DNA of 64,000 bases, from positions 34,329-98,328 of the forward strand of contig CAZHYS010000001.1 of the NCBI GenBank assembly GCA_964536975.1. The letters are read 5' to 3'. Numbering within the stretch: position 1 is the stretch's first letter; each line of letters opens with the position of its first letter. Positions 21,053 through 31,133 of the stretch are shown here, piece after piece. Made by a program: the position numbers and the translations under genes. The notes beneath the pieces were generated by a model that saw nothing but the letters and a program-made list of their open reading frames with translations, was not told the DNA's origin and ran no database searches. Source of the stretch: an uncultured Gammaproteobacteria bacterium. Its GTDB lineage: Bacteria > Patescibacteriota > Patescibacteriia > 2-01-FULL-39-33.

Positions 21053-22894
21053 ATGAATCAAATTACAAATTCAGACAAAGAAATTTTGCGGTTAGTCATC
21101 GCCGGCAGCGTTGATGATGGCAAGTCCACCCTGATCGGGAGATTATTTTTTGATTTGGATGAGATTTATAATGATCAACTGAATTCATTGCGAGAGTTGA
21201 GTCGGAAGCAGGGATTTGATGGATTAGATTTTTCCTTGTTTACCGATGGTTTGTCCGCCGAACAAGAGCAAAAAATTACCATTGATGTGGCTTATCGTTA
21301 TTTTTCTACTGATCGGCGCCGTTATATTATTGCTGATGTTCCGGGCCACGAACAATACACCCGTAACATGATCACAGGGGCATCCAATGCCAATCTGGCT
21401 TTGATTTTGGTTGATGCCAGAAAAGGATTGTTGCCGCAGTCGCGCCGCCATTTATCAATCGCCGCCCTGTTGGGAATAAAGCATATTTTAGTAGTGATAA
21501 ACAAAATGGACTTGGTTGGTTATCAAGAAAGCCGCTTTATTGAAATCAGGGAAGGTTTCTCTGATTATGCGGCTAAGCTAGGAATTTCTGATTTACAGTT
21601 CACCCCCATTTCCGCCACTACTGGCGAGATGGTTGTCAATCGAGGAGAGAATATGGGCTGGTATCAGGGACCGACGGTATTAAGCTATTTGGAAAACGTT
21701 TCTATCGCTGGTGACTATAACTTAATTGATTTTCGTTTTTCAATTCAGGGAGTAGTGCGCCCCAATCAAGATTTTCGCGGTTATCTCGGCCGAGTCTTGA
21801 GTGGTGAGATAAAAATCGGAGAAGAAATATTGATTTTGCCTTCCAGCCGCCGGACAAAAATCAAATCAATTATTTATGACGAAAAAGATCAGTCAGATGC
21901 GGTTGTGCCGCAATCAGTTTTATTGTCTTTTACCGATGAGGTTGACGCTAGTCGCGGCGATGTTGTGGCGCGGATTAATAATTTACCCGATGTCGCCAGT
22001 GAATTTGACGCTGATATCTTTTGGCTTTCATCAATGCCGCTTGATCCAGCCAGAAGCTATCTAATAAAACATTGTGCCATTAAGACCCGTTGTGTGGCGG
22101 AAAAAATCTATTATCGTCTTAATATCGAAACTCTGCATCGGGAAAACGCCGACAGATTGGAGATGAATGAAATTGGGAAGTTAAAGATAAAAACCGTCCA
22201 GCCGCTCGTCTTTGATGCTTACAAGCAAAATCGCCAAACCGGCTGTTTCATTTTGATAGATGAGATTAGCGGTGAAACAGTAGCGGCGGGAATAATTATC
22301 AAAAAAACCGTTTCTGCCAGCTCCTCGGCCGAGTCATTGGTTTCTAATTTATCATGGAAGGCGGATCATGACGGAGCGGTGATATGGTTTACCGGTTTGT
22401 CTGGATCCGGCAAGAGCACGATTGCTGATGAAACTTATCAGCGTCTAAAATCATCCGGCTATAAGGCAGAACGGCTTGATGGCGATTTATTGAGAGAATT
22501 TTTATGTCGCGATCTTGGTTTTTCTAAGGAAGACCGCGACAAAAACATTGAACGGGCAGCTTTTATCGCCGGCCTTTTGGCTAAACACGGGATTATTGTG
22601 CTGGCAACATTCATTTCACCTTATTATAAACATCGATCCTTGGCGAGGCAATTGGCCAGTGAAAAATTTTTGGAGATTTTTGTTGACACCTCATTAGCCG
22701 AATGTGAACGGCGCGACGTCAAGGGGCTTTATCAAAAAGCCAAGCGCGGCGAGATAGAAAATTTTACCGGCGTTAGTGATGTTTATGAAGCGCCGAAAAA
22801 TCCTGACTTAGTGTTGGCGACGGAAAAATCATCTTTGGCTGAATGCGTGGAAAAGACACTCCTTCTATTAAAGGAGAGGGGAATTATCAAATAA
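21053..22894 (+). CDS. cysNC: Bifunctional sulfate adenylyltransferase subunit 1 / APS kinase (NodQ-like)
   Basis: GSVDDGKSTLIGRL, TIDVAYRYF, PGHEQYTRNM; C-terminal WFTGLSGSGKST, LDGD, KGLY, FTGVS. Confidence 0.95.
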   Translation: MNQITNSDKEILRLVIAGSVDDGKSTLIGRLFFDLDEIYNDQLNSLRELSRKQGFDGLDFSLFTDGLSAEQEQKITIDVAYRYFSTDRRRYIIADVPGHEQYTRNMITGASNANLALILVDARKGLLPQSRRHLSIAALLGIKHILVVINKMDLVGYQESRFIEIREGFSDYAAKLGISDLQFTPISATTGEMVVNRGENMGWYQGPTVLSYLENVSIAGDYNLIDFRFSIQGVVRPNQDFRGYLGRVLSGEIKIGEEILILPSSRRTKIKSIIYDEKDQSDAVVPQSVLLSFTDEVDASRGDVVARINNLPDVASEFDADIFWLSSMPLDPARSYLIKHCAIKTRCVAEKIYYRLNIETLHRENADRLEMNEIGKLKIKTVQPLVFDAYKQNRQTGCFILIDEISGETVAAGIIIKKTVSASSSAESLVSNLSWKADHDGAVIWFTGLSGSGKSTIADETYQRLKSSGYKAERLDGDLLREFLCRDLGFSKEDRDKNIERAAFIAGLLAKHGIIVLATFISPYYKHRSLARQLASEKFLEIFVDTSLAECERRDVKGLYQKAKRGEIENFTGVSDVYEAPKNPDLVLATEKSSLAECVEKTLLLLKERGIIK

Positions 22895-22972
22895 TGCTGG
22901 CTCTCTTTTTTTTGACAACCGCGGACGGCTAAATTGACAACAACTCATTATATTTTCCGGTCTTGACAAAAA

Positions 22973-23001
22973 TTGACCGAAAATTGTTTTAAAATTATAA
23001 T
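22973..23001 (+). promoter_or_regulatory. Putative sigma70 promoter of the S8 peptidase
   Basis: TTGACC-N17-TATAAT. Confidence 0.6.
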
Positions 23002-23037
23002 TAAATCAGTAAGCATCTGATCAGGACTAATATCTAA

Positions 23038-24708
23038 ATGAAAAAATATCTTTTATTTTTTTTATTGTTGCTGTCGGTAGTTTTTTTGCCGACACTGGAG
23101 GCGGCGGCCTATGTGCCTTCCGACCCGCTTTATCCGTCGCAGGCGTATCTAAGTCAGATTTACGCTCCTTCGGCCTGGGAAGAGGCGCGAGGCAAGGGAG
23201 TGGTGGTGGCGGTTTTGGACTCTGGCGTTGATGTTGATCATCCTGATCTGGAGTTTAATATCTGGAAGAATTCCGATGAGAAGGCCGGCGACGGAATTGA
23301 CAATGACAATAACGGTTATATTGATGATATAAATGGTTGGGATTTTGTTGCCGAAGCCGCCGATCCTCGGCCCAAGCTTGACGAAGGATATTCTATGGCT
23401 GGTGTCAACCATGGCACAGCGATCGCCGGACTAATTGGCGCGGTGGCCAATAACGGCAAAGGCATTGCTGGTGTCGCTTTTTATTCCAAGATAATGCCGA
23501 TCAGAATTTTGGGCAGTGATGGCACTGGCGATGTCGCCAATCTGATCAAAGCCATTCGTTATGCCGTCAACAATGGCGCCGATATTATTAACCTAAGTCT
23601 AGTGGGCTATGACTACAGTGCCGAATTGCAGGAGGCGGTTATCTGGGCGAAGAACAAGGGCGTTTTAATTGTTGCTTCGGCCGGCAATAGCAGCGAGAAT
23701 GGGGGAATAGATTTGGACAATCAGCCGGCTTATCCGGCTTGCTATGGTGATAATCAGACAAATAATTTGGTTATCGCGGTTTCAGCGGTTGATGGGGCGG
23801 ACAAAAAATCATCCTTCACCAACTATGGCCATTGCATTGATGTCAGTGCGCCCGGCCAGAGCTTGGTGAGTTTGGCTCATTATGACCCGGCCAATGGTTT
23901 TAACAATTATTATTCTTATGATTGGCAGGGGACGTCTTTTTCCGCCGCGTTAGTTTCCGGCCTGGCCGCGCTTATTAAGTCAAAAGATCTTTCCTTATCG
24001 CCAGCCGAGATCGCGGAAATATTATTGCTTGGCACCGACGATATCTATACTTGGAATCCAAGCTTTATGGACGAGTTGGGAACCGGCCGAATAAATGCCG
24101 GCTTGGCGCTCGGCAGCGACTTGATTTCTGGTAACGGTTATCTGGCCAAACTGGCAAGCGGGCCGGCAGTATATTTTGTAGACGGCCGAGGTCAACGGCA
24201 CCTTTTTTCCAACGAGGCGACTTATTGGAGTTGGCATCAGGGCTCTTGGTCAAAACAGGATATCAAAACTATTTCCCAAGATGAGTTTGACAGTTTGGAG
24301 GCTGGTGTCAATATTACCGTCCGCCCGGGAACCAATTTGATCAGATTTGAAAACAGTCCGCGGGTGTACGCCGTCGGGACAGAAAGAGATATCTATTATC
24401 TTGATACGGAAATGGCAGCGCGTCTCTACGGCGCCGATTATCTCTCCCGCACGGTTGTCGTTCAGAATGCCTTTGAGACAGATTATGATAGAATGGGTCA
24501 ATGGTTGAATATTTTTTATCCACCCGCGACGATTATTGCCGTTGGCTCTGATCGGTATTATATTGACGGATTGACAAGGCGGCCGGTCAGTGAAGCGATT
24601 TTTACGGCCAATAAATTTGATGCTAATTATGTGATTGGCGACCCGGACGACTCTTTTAATTATCAGAATGGCTTGGATTTGGGAATATTGCCGACTTATG
24701 AAATATAG
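23038..24708 (+). CDS. Secreted S8 (subtilisin-like) serine peptidase with C-terminal repeats
   Basis: Signal peptide; catalytic triad in VLDSG, NHGT and GTSFS; SAGN; repeated L.K....AVY-type modules at the C-terminus. Confidence 0.92.
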   Translation: MKKYLLFFLLLLSVVFLPTLEAAAYVPSDPLYPSQAYLSQIYAPSAWEEARGKGVVVAVLDSGVDVDHPDLEFNIWKNSDEKAGDGIDNDNNGYIDDINGWDFVAEAADPRPKLDEGYSMAGVNHGTAIAGLIGAVANNGKGIAGVAFYSKIMPIRILGSDGTGDVANLIKAIRYAVNNGADIINLSLVGYDYSAELQEAVIWAKNKGVLIVASAGNSSENGGIDLDNQPAYPACYGDNQTNNLVIAVSAVDGADKKSSFTNYGHCIDVSAPGQSLVSLAHYDPANGFNNYYSYDWQGTSFSAALVSGLAALIKSKDLSLSPAEIAEILLLGTDDIYTWNPSFMDELGTGRINAGLALGSDLISGNGYLAKLASGPAVYFVDGRGQRHLFSNEATYWSWHQGSWSKQDIKTISQDEFDSLEAGVNITVRPGTNLIRFENSPRVYAVGTERDIYYLDTEMAARLYGADYLSRTVVVQNAFETDYDRMGQWLNIFYPPATIIAVGSDRYYIDGLTRRPVSEAIFTANKFDANYVIGDPDDSFNYQNGLDLGILPTYEI

Positions 24709-25129
24709 TTTAAGACAAATATTTTTTTTCCTGCTTGGCTGGATCCTGCTTAGGCAATTTGTCAAATTTTGCCTGGTTGGCTTTACTAATCTATTGGTTG
24801 ATTTTTCAATTTATTGGTTGTTGACTAGGGTTTTTGACTGTTTTTATATTGTCGCGGCAATACTTTCTTTTCTAGTGGCGGTAACTTGGAGTTTTTTTAT
24901 CAATCGCCGCTGGACCTTTCGGCATTTTTGCGGTGACATCAAAATTCAATATCTAAAATTTTTTACCGCCAATCTGATCAGTCTGGGCTTAAATTTGCTT
25001 ATTTTTTACGCGCTGGTGGAATACGGCCAGCTGAATGATTTATTAGCTAAGCTTATCGTGGCAATAATTGTCGCTTTTTTCAATTTTGCCATCAATCGTT
25101 TTTGGACCTTCCGTCGGGAAAATCCTTGA
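24698..25129 (+). CDS. GtrA family membrane protein
   Basis: QFVKFCLVG, NRRWTF, NRFWTF; 4 TM helices. Confidence 0.9.
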   Translation: MKYSLRQIFFFLLGWILLRQFVKFCLVGFTNLLVDFSIYWLLTRVFDCFYIVAAILSFLVAVTWSFFINRRWTFRHFCGDIKIQYLKFFTANLISLGLNLLIFYALVEYGQLNDLLAKLIVAIIVAFFNFAINRFWTFRRENP

Positions 25130-25203
25130 TTTTTCCGGTTGTTTTTGGTCGGTTTTTTTGGTACAATGTTGATAACTTTTTAAGATTAATTTAACTTTTA
25201 TTT

Positions 25204-26214
25204 ATGCCCAAAGAAGTGATTTTTGACAAGAAAAATATCTTAGTGGCTGGCGGCGCGGGATTCATCGGCTCTCACCTTTGTGATGAATTGGTCAATGGAA
25301 ACAAGGTAATCTGCTTGGACAATTTATTGACTGGCGATGACGCTAATATCGCCCATTTGCTTCAAAATCCCGATTTCAAATTCATCAACCACGATATTAC
25401 GGTGTCAATTGACCTAGCCAAGCAGCCCGAGCTCCGCGACTTTAAAGTGGAATTTCAAGGATTGCAGGAGATTTACTTTTTGGCATCGCCGGCTTCTCCG
25501 CGAGACTATGAGCGTTATCCGATAGAGACAATGGCCGCCAATTCTCTCGGCTTGAAAAATGCTTTGGATATGGCGGTAAAATACAAAGCGCAGTTTTTGT
25601 ATGTTTCCGGCCCGGCGGTTTATGGAGCGCCAGAAAGCAAAAAGCCGATCCGGGAAGATTATGTCGGCCGAGTTGACCAATTATCCGCTCGCGCTTGCTA
25701 CGCCGAAGCGCAGAGATTTGGCGAAACGCTGGTCAATAACTATCGCCTCAAAGAGAACATTGACGCCAAAATAGTCAGGGTGTCCAATTGTTATGGTCCG
25801 CGAATGCGTTTGGATGACGGCCGGCTTATTCCTGACATTGTCCGGCTGGCGGTCAAGGGTGAGCCAATAAATTTGGCCGGTCGAGCCAAGGATAAAGGCG
25901 CTTATTTTTTCATTTCTGATCTTATTAGGGCGCTAATCAAGGCGATGGAAGTCCCCGAATGGGGGCCGTTTAATTTGGCTTCAGAGTGGGAAATGACAAT
26001 GAAGGAAGTCGCGGAAAAAATCATTAAGACAGCCGGATCCGTTTCGGTCATAAGTTATCAAGAGTCAGGCGATACGTCTGTTCAGCCGATGCTGGATATT
26101 TCCACCGCCAAAGAAAAACTCGGCTGGTTTCCGGTAGTCTTGTTTGACGAGGGAATAAAGGCGACAGTGGATTATTTGAGCGCTCAAAAAGATATTTTGC
26201 GGCCGAAAGAATAA
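25204..26214 (+). CDS. NAD-dependent epimerase/dehydratase, UDP-glucuronate decarboxylase-like, with divergent catalytic residues
   Basis: GGAGFIGSHL, LDNL.TG, LASPASP, YGPRM..DDGR; YxxxK reads YAEAQ. Confidence 0.85.
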   Translation: MPKEVIFDKKNILVAGGAGFIGSHLCDELVNGNKVICLDNLLTGDDANIAHLLQNPDFKFINHDITVSIDLAKQPELRDFKVEFQGLQEIYFLASPASPRDYERYPIETMAANSLGLKNALDMAVKYKAQFLYVSGPAVYGAPESKKPIREDYVGRVDQLSARACYAEAQRFGETLVNNYRLKENIDAKIVRVSNCYGPRMRLDDGRLIPDIVRLAVKGEPINLAGRAKDKGAYFFISDLIRALIKAMEVPEWGPFNLASEWEMTMKEVAEKIIKTAGSVSVISYQESGDTSVQPMLDISTAKEKLGWFPVVLFDEGIKATVDYLSAQKDILRPKE

Positions 26215-26313
26215 TTTTTTAATTTTTTTACTTCCCAAAATGCCCCCGATCACCGGGGGCGTTTTGGGATTAGTTGGGTTGTTTTTTATCTTTAAAAATG
26301 TCATAATTCAGTT

Positions 26314-26973
26314 ATGAAAACACTGGTTATAATACCCGCCAAAGATGAAGCGGAAAAAATTTTTTCAGTCGTTGAAGGAGTTCATCAAAACGGTTTTGAA
26401 GTCTTGGTCGTGGATGACGGCTCTTGCGATAACACCGGTGAATTGGCCAAGTCTGCCGGAGCAAGAGTGGTCCGCCATCCCATCAATCGCGGCCAGGGCG
26501 CGGCAATAAAAACAGGAATTGATTATGCCTTGAAAATGGATTATGATGCGGCGGTTTTTTTTGATGCCGACGGCCAAATGACGGCAGCGGAGATAAGTAA
26601 AATCCTTATTCCTCTTGAAAAAGGCAGTCAGGTGGCGCTGGGATCGCGTTTTTTGGGCTTAGCCGAAAACATTCCCTGGTCCAAGTGGCTGACTTTGCGT
26701 CTGGCTTTGATTTTTACCCGGCTCAACACCGGCCTCCGGCTTACTGATACCCACAATGGTTTTCAAGCTTGGTGCCGCGATGCGCTTTTAAAAATCAATT
26801 TGACTCAAGATCGCCAGGCCTATGCCTCGCAGCTACTTCAAGAAATTGCTCGCAATAAAATAGCTTATCAGGAAGTGCCAGTTACTATTGTTTACACCGA
26901 TTATTCCAAGCGTAAAGGGCAGAGCATTTTCAATGCTTTCAATATTTTGTGGGATTTAATCATAAAAAAATAA
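26314..26973 (+). CDS. GT2 glycosyltransferase (polyprenol-phosphate sugar synthase-like)
   Basis: VDDGS.D, NRGQGAA, FDADGQ, TDTHNGF. Confidence 0.9.
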   Translation: MKTLVIIPAKDEAEKIFSVVEGVHQNGFEVLVVDDGSCDNTGELAKSAGARVVRHPINRGQGAAIKTGIDYALKMDYDAAVFFDADGQMTAAEISKILIPLEKGSQVALGSRFLGLAENIPWSKWLTLRLALIFTRLNTGLRLTDTHNGFQAWCRDALLKINLTQDRQAYASQLLQEIARNKIAYQEVPVTIVYTDYSKRKGQSIFNAFNILWDLIIKK

Positions 26974-26977
26974 TTTT

Positions 26978-27310
26978 ATGCTCATCCAGTTGATTTTGGT
27001 CGCGGCAATCATTCTTATTATTCTCCGGCTCATAATTCAGCTTAAGCGCCAAAGAATCTCTGGCGGAGAATTTGCCGGCTGGATTATCATCTGGCTGGCG
27101 GCAGCAGTAGTCATTTTGTTCCCGGATATAACCAGTTTTTTGGCGATAAAAGTCGGCGTTACCCGCGGCGTAGATTTGGTGATCTATGTTTCGGTGGTAT
27201 TGGTATTTTATTTGCTATTTAAGCTGTTGATGCGGATTGAAAAAATAGAAAGGGATATTACCGAACTGTGCCGCCGGATCGCCTTGGGTGATAAAGAAAA
27301 AAAAGATTGA
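26978..27310 (+). CDS. DUF2304 family membrane protein
   Basis: 3 TM helices, GVTRGVD, IEKIERDITEL.R.IAL; follows a GT2 gene as is typical. Confidence 0.85.
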   Translation: MLIQLILVAAIILIILRLIIQLKRQRISGGEFAGWIIIWLAAAVVILFPDITSFLAIKVGVTRGVDLVIYVSVVLVFYLLFKLLMRIEKIERDITELCRRIALGDKEKKD

Positions 27311-27312
27311 CT

Positions 27313-28188
27313 ATGTGTCCTATTTGCTTGGGCCAATCAAAGCTTTATCTTGATTACCAAAAAATCAGCAAGGGTGATTATCGTCTCTGGCGATGTGAAA
27401 AATGCGGCTTGATTTATACCGAGCCGTTGCCGTCACCCGGCTTCCTGGCGGATTTTTATCAGACTTATGACAGTTTTGGCGCTCAAGACAATTATTATAG
27501 AGATTTAAAAAATTATGGTAAAACGCGAGCGGGTCGGGAATTGACCCAAGAATTTTCCCGATTAGCCAAGCAGTATGGCTTCCATCGCGACCGGAAAATT
27601 TTGGACTTGGGGAGTGGCGGCGGAATGTTTTTGGACATCGCTACCCGGGCAGGGTTTACGGCATTGGGAGTAGAAGTCAGCTATCCGGCCGCGGAATTCG
27701 CTATAAATAATTTTGGCGTGGACTGCATGGTTGGCGATGTCTCGTCGTTTGAAACAGCAGAAAAATTTGGCGCGGTGTTCATGTGGGATTTATTGGAGCA
27801 TTTGCCGCGGCCAGATGAACTTTTGGTCAAAATCAGCGGCTGGCTCGATCGGGGCGGCTATCTGATTTTTGAAACGCCAAACAGTGAAGCATTGATAAAT
27901 AAAATTATAATTTTGTTGTTAAAATTAGGCATTACTTGGCCGGCTGGCTGGATGTTCGGCTATCATCATTTGTTTTGGCATTCGCGGCAGTCGTTGGAAT
28001 TGATGCTGACGCGTTGTCATTTTGAAATTTTGGAAGTAAGATTATCAAATACTTTGCCGGAACGGATCTTTCCTTGGAGCTTGAAATTTTTTCTTCCTCG
28101 CTTGGCTCTTATCGCCGTAAACGCGGCCGCCGCGGTAGTCGGCCGAAAAAATAAGATATTAATAATCGCCAGAAAAAGTGAAAACTAA
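27313..28188 (+). CDS. SAM-dependent methyltransferase with N-terminal zinc ribbon
   Basis: CPIC...C..CGL, LDLGSGGG, DLLEH, ETPN. Confidence 0.88.
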   Translation: MCPICLGQSKLYLDYQKISKGDYRLWRCEKCGLIYTEPLPSPGFLADFYQTYDSFGAQDNYYRDLKNYGKTRAGRELTQEFSRLAKQYGFHRDRKILDLGSGGGMFLDIATRAGFTALGVEVSYPAAEFAINNFGVDCMVGDVSSFETAEKFGAVFMWDLLEHLPRPDELLVKISGWLDRGGYLIFETPNSEALINKIIILLLKLGITWPAGWMFGYHHLFWHSRQSLELMLTRCHFEILEVRLSNTLPERIFPWSLKFFLPRLALIAVNAAAAVVGRKNKILIIARKSEN

Positions 28189-29233
28189 TCCCAAAATTAC
28201 TATTGTTATTGTCACCCACAATGCCAGGCACTATATCCAAGATTGTTTGGAGAGTGTCTGGCATCAGAATTATCCGTCAGCTGCGGTCAGGGTAGTGGTG
28301 GTGGATAATGATTCATCTGATAGCACGGTCGGGTTTATCCGCGAGGTTTTTCCGTGGGTTAAAGTGATAGAAAATCGGACCAACCGCGGCTTTGCCGAGG
28401 CCAATAATCAGGGATATTTTTTGGCGTTGAAGAACGGCTCGGAGTATCTGGCTCTCCTCAATCAAGATACAATCGTCTCCCGCGACTGGCTGAGGCGATT
28501 GGTTGACGCGATATCCTCGCGGCCAAAAATTGCCGGTGTTCAGCCGAAAATCCTGCTTCATCCCGAAACTAGCCTGATCAACAGCTTTGGCAATAGTTTG
28601 CATTTTTTAGGATTCGCTTATTGCAATAAATACCGCCAGCCGGACAAGGAACGGGAAACGGCGCCGTTTGAAGTGTCTTACCTTTCCGGCGCCGCTTGCC
28701 TTTTGAAAATGTCTACGCTCAGAGAAACCGGCCTATTTGATGAGCGGCTGTTTATGTATCATGAGGATGTTGATCTTGGTTGGCGCCTGCGTCTTTATGG
28801 CCAGCGGCTGCTGGTTGATCCATTGGCAGTCGTTTATCACAAATATTCCTTTAGTAAAGCCAAGTACAAGTTCTATTACATGGAACGTAACCGGCTAGTT
28901 GTGACTTTGGAGATTTATCATTTGGCGACGCTGATTTTGTTTTTTCCGGCGTGGTTGGCGATGGAGGCGGGGATTATCGCTTTGGCCGTTAAAAACGGTT
29001 GGTGGAGAGAAAAACTTAAAGGTTATCGCTGGGTAATATTTCATTGGCCGTCCATCCTGAGCCGGCGGCTGGATTATCAATTCAAATTGCGCCGCGTCAA
29101 GGATCGGGAGATTTTGCGATTATTCACCGGCTCAATTAAGTTTCAGGAAGTCAGTTATTGGCCGTTGACTTTGGTTATTAATCCACTGATGGAGCTTTAT
29201 TTCTGGCTGGCAAAAAAAATAATTTTTTGGTAA
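28178..29233 (+). CDS. GT2 glycosyltransferase (rhamnosyltransferase-like)
   Basis: VDNDSSD, NRGFAEANN, LLNQD, FMYHEDVDL. Confidence 0.9.
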   Translation: MKTNPKITIVIVTHNARHYIQDCLESVWHQNYPSAAVRVVVVDNDSSDSTVGFIREVFPWVKVIENRTNRGFAEANNQGYFLALKNGSEYLALLNQDTIVSRDWLRRLVDAISSRPKIAGVQPKILLHPETSLINSFGNSLHFLGFAYCNKYRQPDKERETAPFEVSYLSGAACLLKMSTLRETGLFDERLFMYHEDVDLGWRLRLYGQRLLVDPLAVVYHKYSFSKAKYKFYYMERNRLVVTLEIYHLATLILFFPAWLAMEAGIIALAVKNGWWREKLKGYRWVIFHWPSILSRRLDYQFKLRRVKDREILRLFTGSIKFQEVSYWPLTLVINPLMELYFWLAKKIIFW

Positions 29234-29270
29234 CTTGTCTTTCAGGTAGGCTTGGTTGTGGACTAAACAA

Positions 29271-29300
29271 AAAACAACCCCGAATATTCGGGGTTGTTTT
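29271..29300. terminator. Bidirectional terminator between convergent genes
   Basis: Perfect palindrome AAAACAACCCCGAAT-ATTCGGGGTTGTTTT. Confidence 0.75.
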
Positions 29301-29309
29301 GTATCATGA

Positions 29310-30017
29310 TTAATTTTCGTATCCGGTAAAATTTTCTTTTTTTATTCTTTCCGGCGGCACGCCGATTTCAACCAAGGCGCCAACAGCGGCCTCAACCATG
29401 GCCGCCGGTCCGGCGATCATATAGCAATCAGATCGCGTGTTGGTCCGATTACTGATGAGATTGGCGCTGATTTTTCTTTTTTCTCCCGGCCAATTTTTTT
29501 CTTCGGTCATTGTAAAAACAATTTCTATGTTTGGGTTGTTTTTTGCTAACTCGGTCAATTCGTCAAAAAAGGCGGTTGATCCTCGGTTGCGGTTGGAATA
29601 AATCAAGACGATTCGGTGGCCGGTTTTTTCGGCCGCGACATATTTTATCATACTCATAAAAGGCGTGATGCCGATTCCGCCGGCGATAAATGCCAGTCGG
29701 CAGCCGGTTTCGGCGGGTAGGATAAAATCTCCGCCAACATTACCAACTTCCACTTCTTCGCCCAAGGCCATTTCCGCCAAGGTTTTTTTGAATCCGCTGC
29801 CAGTCAACCGGGTGGCGATGGTTATTAAGCCGCTTTCTTGCGGTGTGGAAACAATTGAAAAAATTCTATTATTGCCGCGCGAGTCGGAGTATTTCAATTG
29901 CGGTATTGTCATAGTCAGATATTGTCCGGGCAAAAAAGACAAGGTTTCTTTTGCGCCAAAACTCGCCGCCAATGTATCGCGGGCGATAATTTTTTTGTCT
30001 TTGAGTATTGCTATCAT
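29310..30017 (-). CDS. Ferredoxin-NADP reductase-like FAD/NAD-binding oxidoreductase
   Basis: PGQY, RIFSIVS, AGGIGITP, YSNR, AGP..MV, ENFTGY. Confidence 0.9.
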   Translation of the reverse strand: MIAILKDKKIIARDTLAASFGAKETLSFLPGQYLTMTIPQLKYSDSRGNNRIFSIVSTPQESGLITIATRLTGSGFKKTLAEMALGEEVEVGNVGGDFILPAETGCRLAFIAGGIGITPFMSMIKYVAAEKTGHRIVLIYSNRNRGSTAFFDELTELAKNNPNIEIVFTMTEEKNWPGEKRKISANLISNRTNTRSDCYMIAGPAAMVEAAVGALVEIGVPPERIKKENFTGYEN

Positions 30018-30018
30018 A

Positions 30019-30495
30019 TTAGGCAGTAAAGCCCCTAATAGCGTTGCCGATGAAATAACTGGCGACAATCACCAAAATAGCAATGATAAGATGCTCGGCA
30101 ATTACTGGCAGGGGATGGTGATGATTATTTTTGGCCATCAGATAGTTGGCGATTATTAGGACCAGAATTCCCCAACCAATGCAGATGCCGACCGCTATTG
30201 GCAGAGAAAAGGCAAGAATTGGCACGACAAAAGTCAAGGCAAAAATAAATTTTGCCAAGAAAGTGAAAATAGTTGCTTGCCAGATTTCTTTGGCCGAGTG
30301 GACATTTTCTGCTTCTTCGGATACATGGATGCCCAGCGCGTCCGATAGAGCGTCGGACACGGCGATGATGATAATGCCGCCAATGACGACCAGCGCCGAC
30401 TGAGTGCCGGAATTAAGTCCGACAATAAGTCCCAGGGTTGTGATAATGCCGGAGGTAAGCCCGAAGCCCACTCCTTTTTTGACGGAGAGATTCAT
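30019..30495 (-). CDS. VIT1/CCC1-like membrane protein
   Basis: FGLTSGIITTLG, DALSDALGIHVSEE. Confidence 0.8.
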   Translation of the reverse strand: MNLSVKKGVGFGLTSGIITTLGLIVGLNSGTQSALVVIGGIIIIAVSDALSDALGIHVSEEAENVHSAKEIWQATIFTFLAKFIFALTFVVPILAFSLPIAVGICIGWGILVLIIANYLMAKNNHHHPLPVIAEHLIIAILVIVASYFIGNAIRGFTA

Positions 30496-30516
30496 GGGAA
30501 TTTTTGGTTAAGTAAA

Positions 30517-31119
30517 TTATAATAACCTATTTTTTTGCAAGAAGCTTTTTATCGCCAGAAATATCTTTTTGTGTCCTTGAGAATTAGAATGCAGGCCGTC
30601 ATCCAAGTCATCAATAGTCAAAAGATCAAAAATTTCCAAAAAATAGACTTGGTTTTTCTCGGAAAGCTCTTTCAGTTTTTGGTTGTATAAAGAAAGATGT
30701 TTGTTAAAATAGTGATAATCCGTTTCCCAGGGAATCGGCGCGGCCTTTGATTCGTCAACTTTTTTACAGCCGCAAAAAACTATTTTATCGGTAAACTTTT
30801 TTGACTTATCTATGAGCTGCTGGATATTCTTTTCAAATTCCTCAGCGGCGACCATTTGCCGGTTTTGCGATTTTATGAAGATGGAGTCATTGTCGCCGAT
30901 TGAAAAAATAATAACCGCCGGCTGCCTAGCTTCTGCTTCCACATCAAACCTGGCCAATAATTCTCTGGTCGTATCTCCGGAGACGCCAAGATTGTAGACA
31001 AACATGTCTTTGTCTTGGGAATCAATAAATAATCGCAAACGATTGACCCAGCCGCCTTTTTCTTTGTCCCACGCGCCCCAGGTTGAGCTGGCGCCAAAAA
31101 TGCAAATATTCTGTTCCAT
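30517..31119 (-). CDS. SGNH/GDSL-type hydrolase
   Basis: FGASST, NLGVSG, IGDND, DGLH. Confidence 0.88.
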   Translation of the reverse strand: MEQNICIFGASSTWGAWDKEKGGWVNRLRLFIDSQDKDMFVYNLGVSGDTTRELLARFDVEAEARQPAVIIFSIGDNDSIFIKSQNRQMVAAEEFEKNIQQLIDKSKKFTDKIVFCGCKKVDESKAAPIPWETDYHYFNKHLSLYNQKLKELSEKNQVYFLEIFDLLTIDDLDDGLHSNSQGHKKIFLAIKSFLQKNRLL

Positions 31120-31133
31120 GCGATAGTATTACT

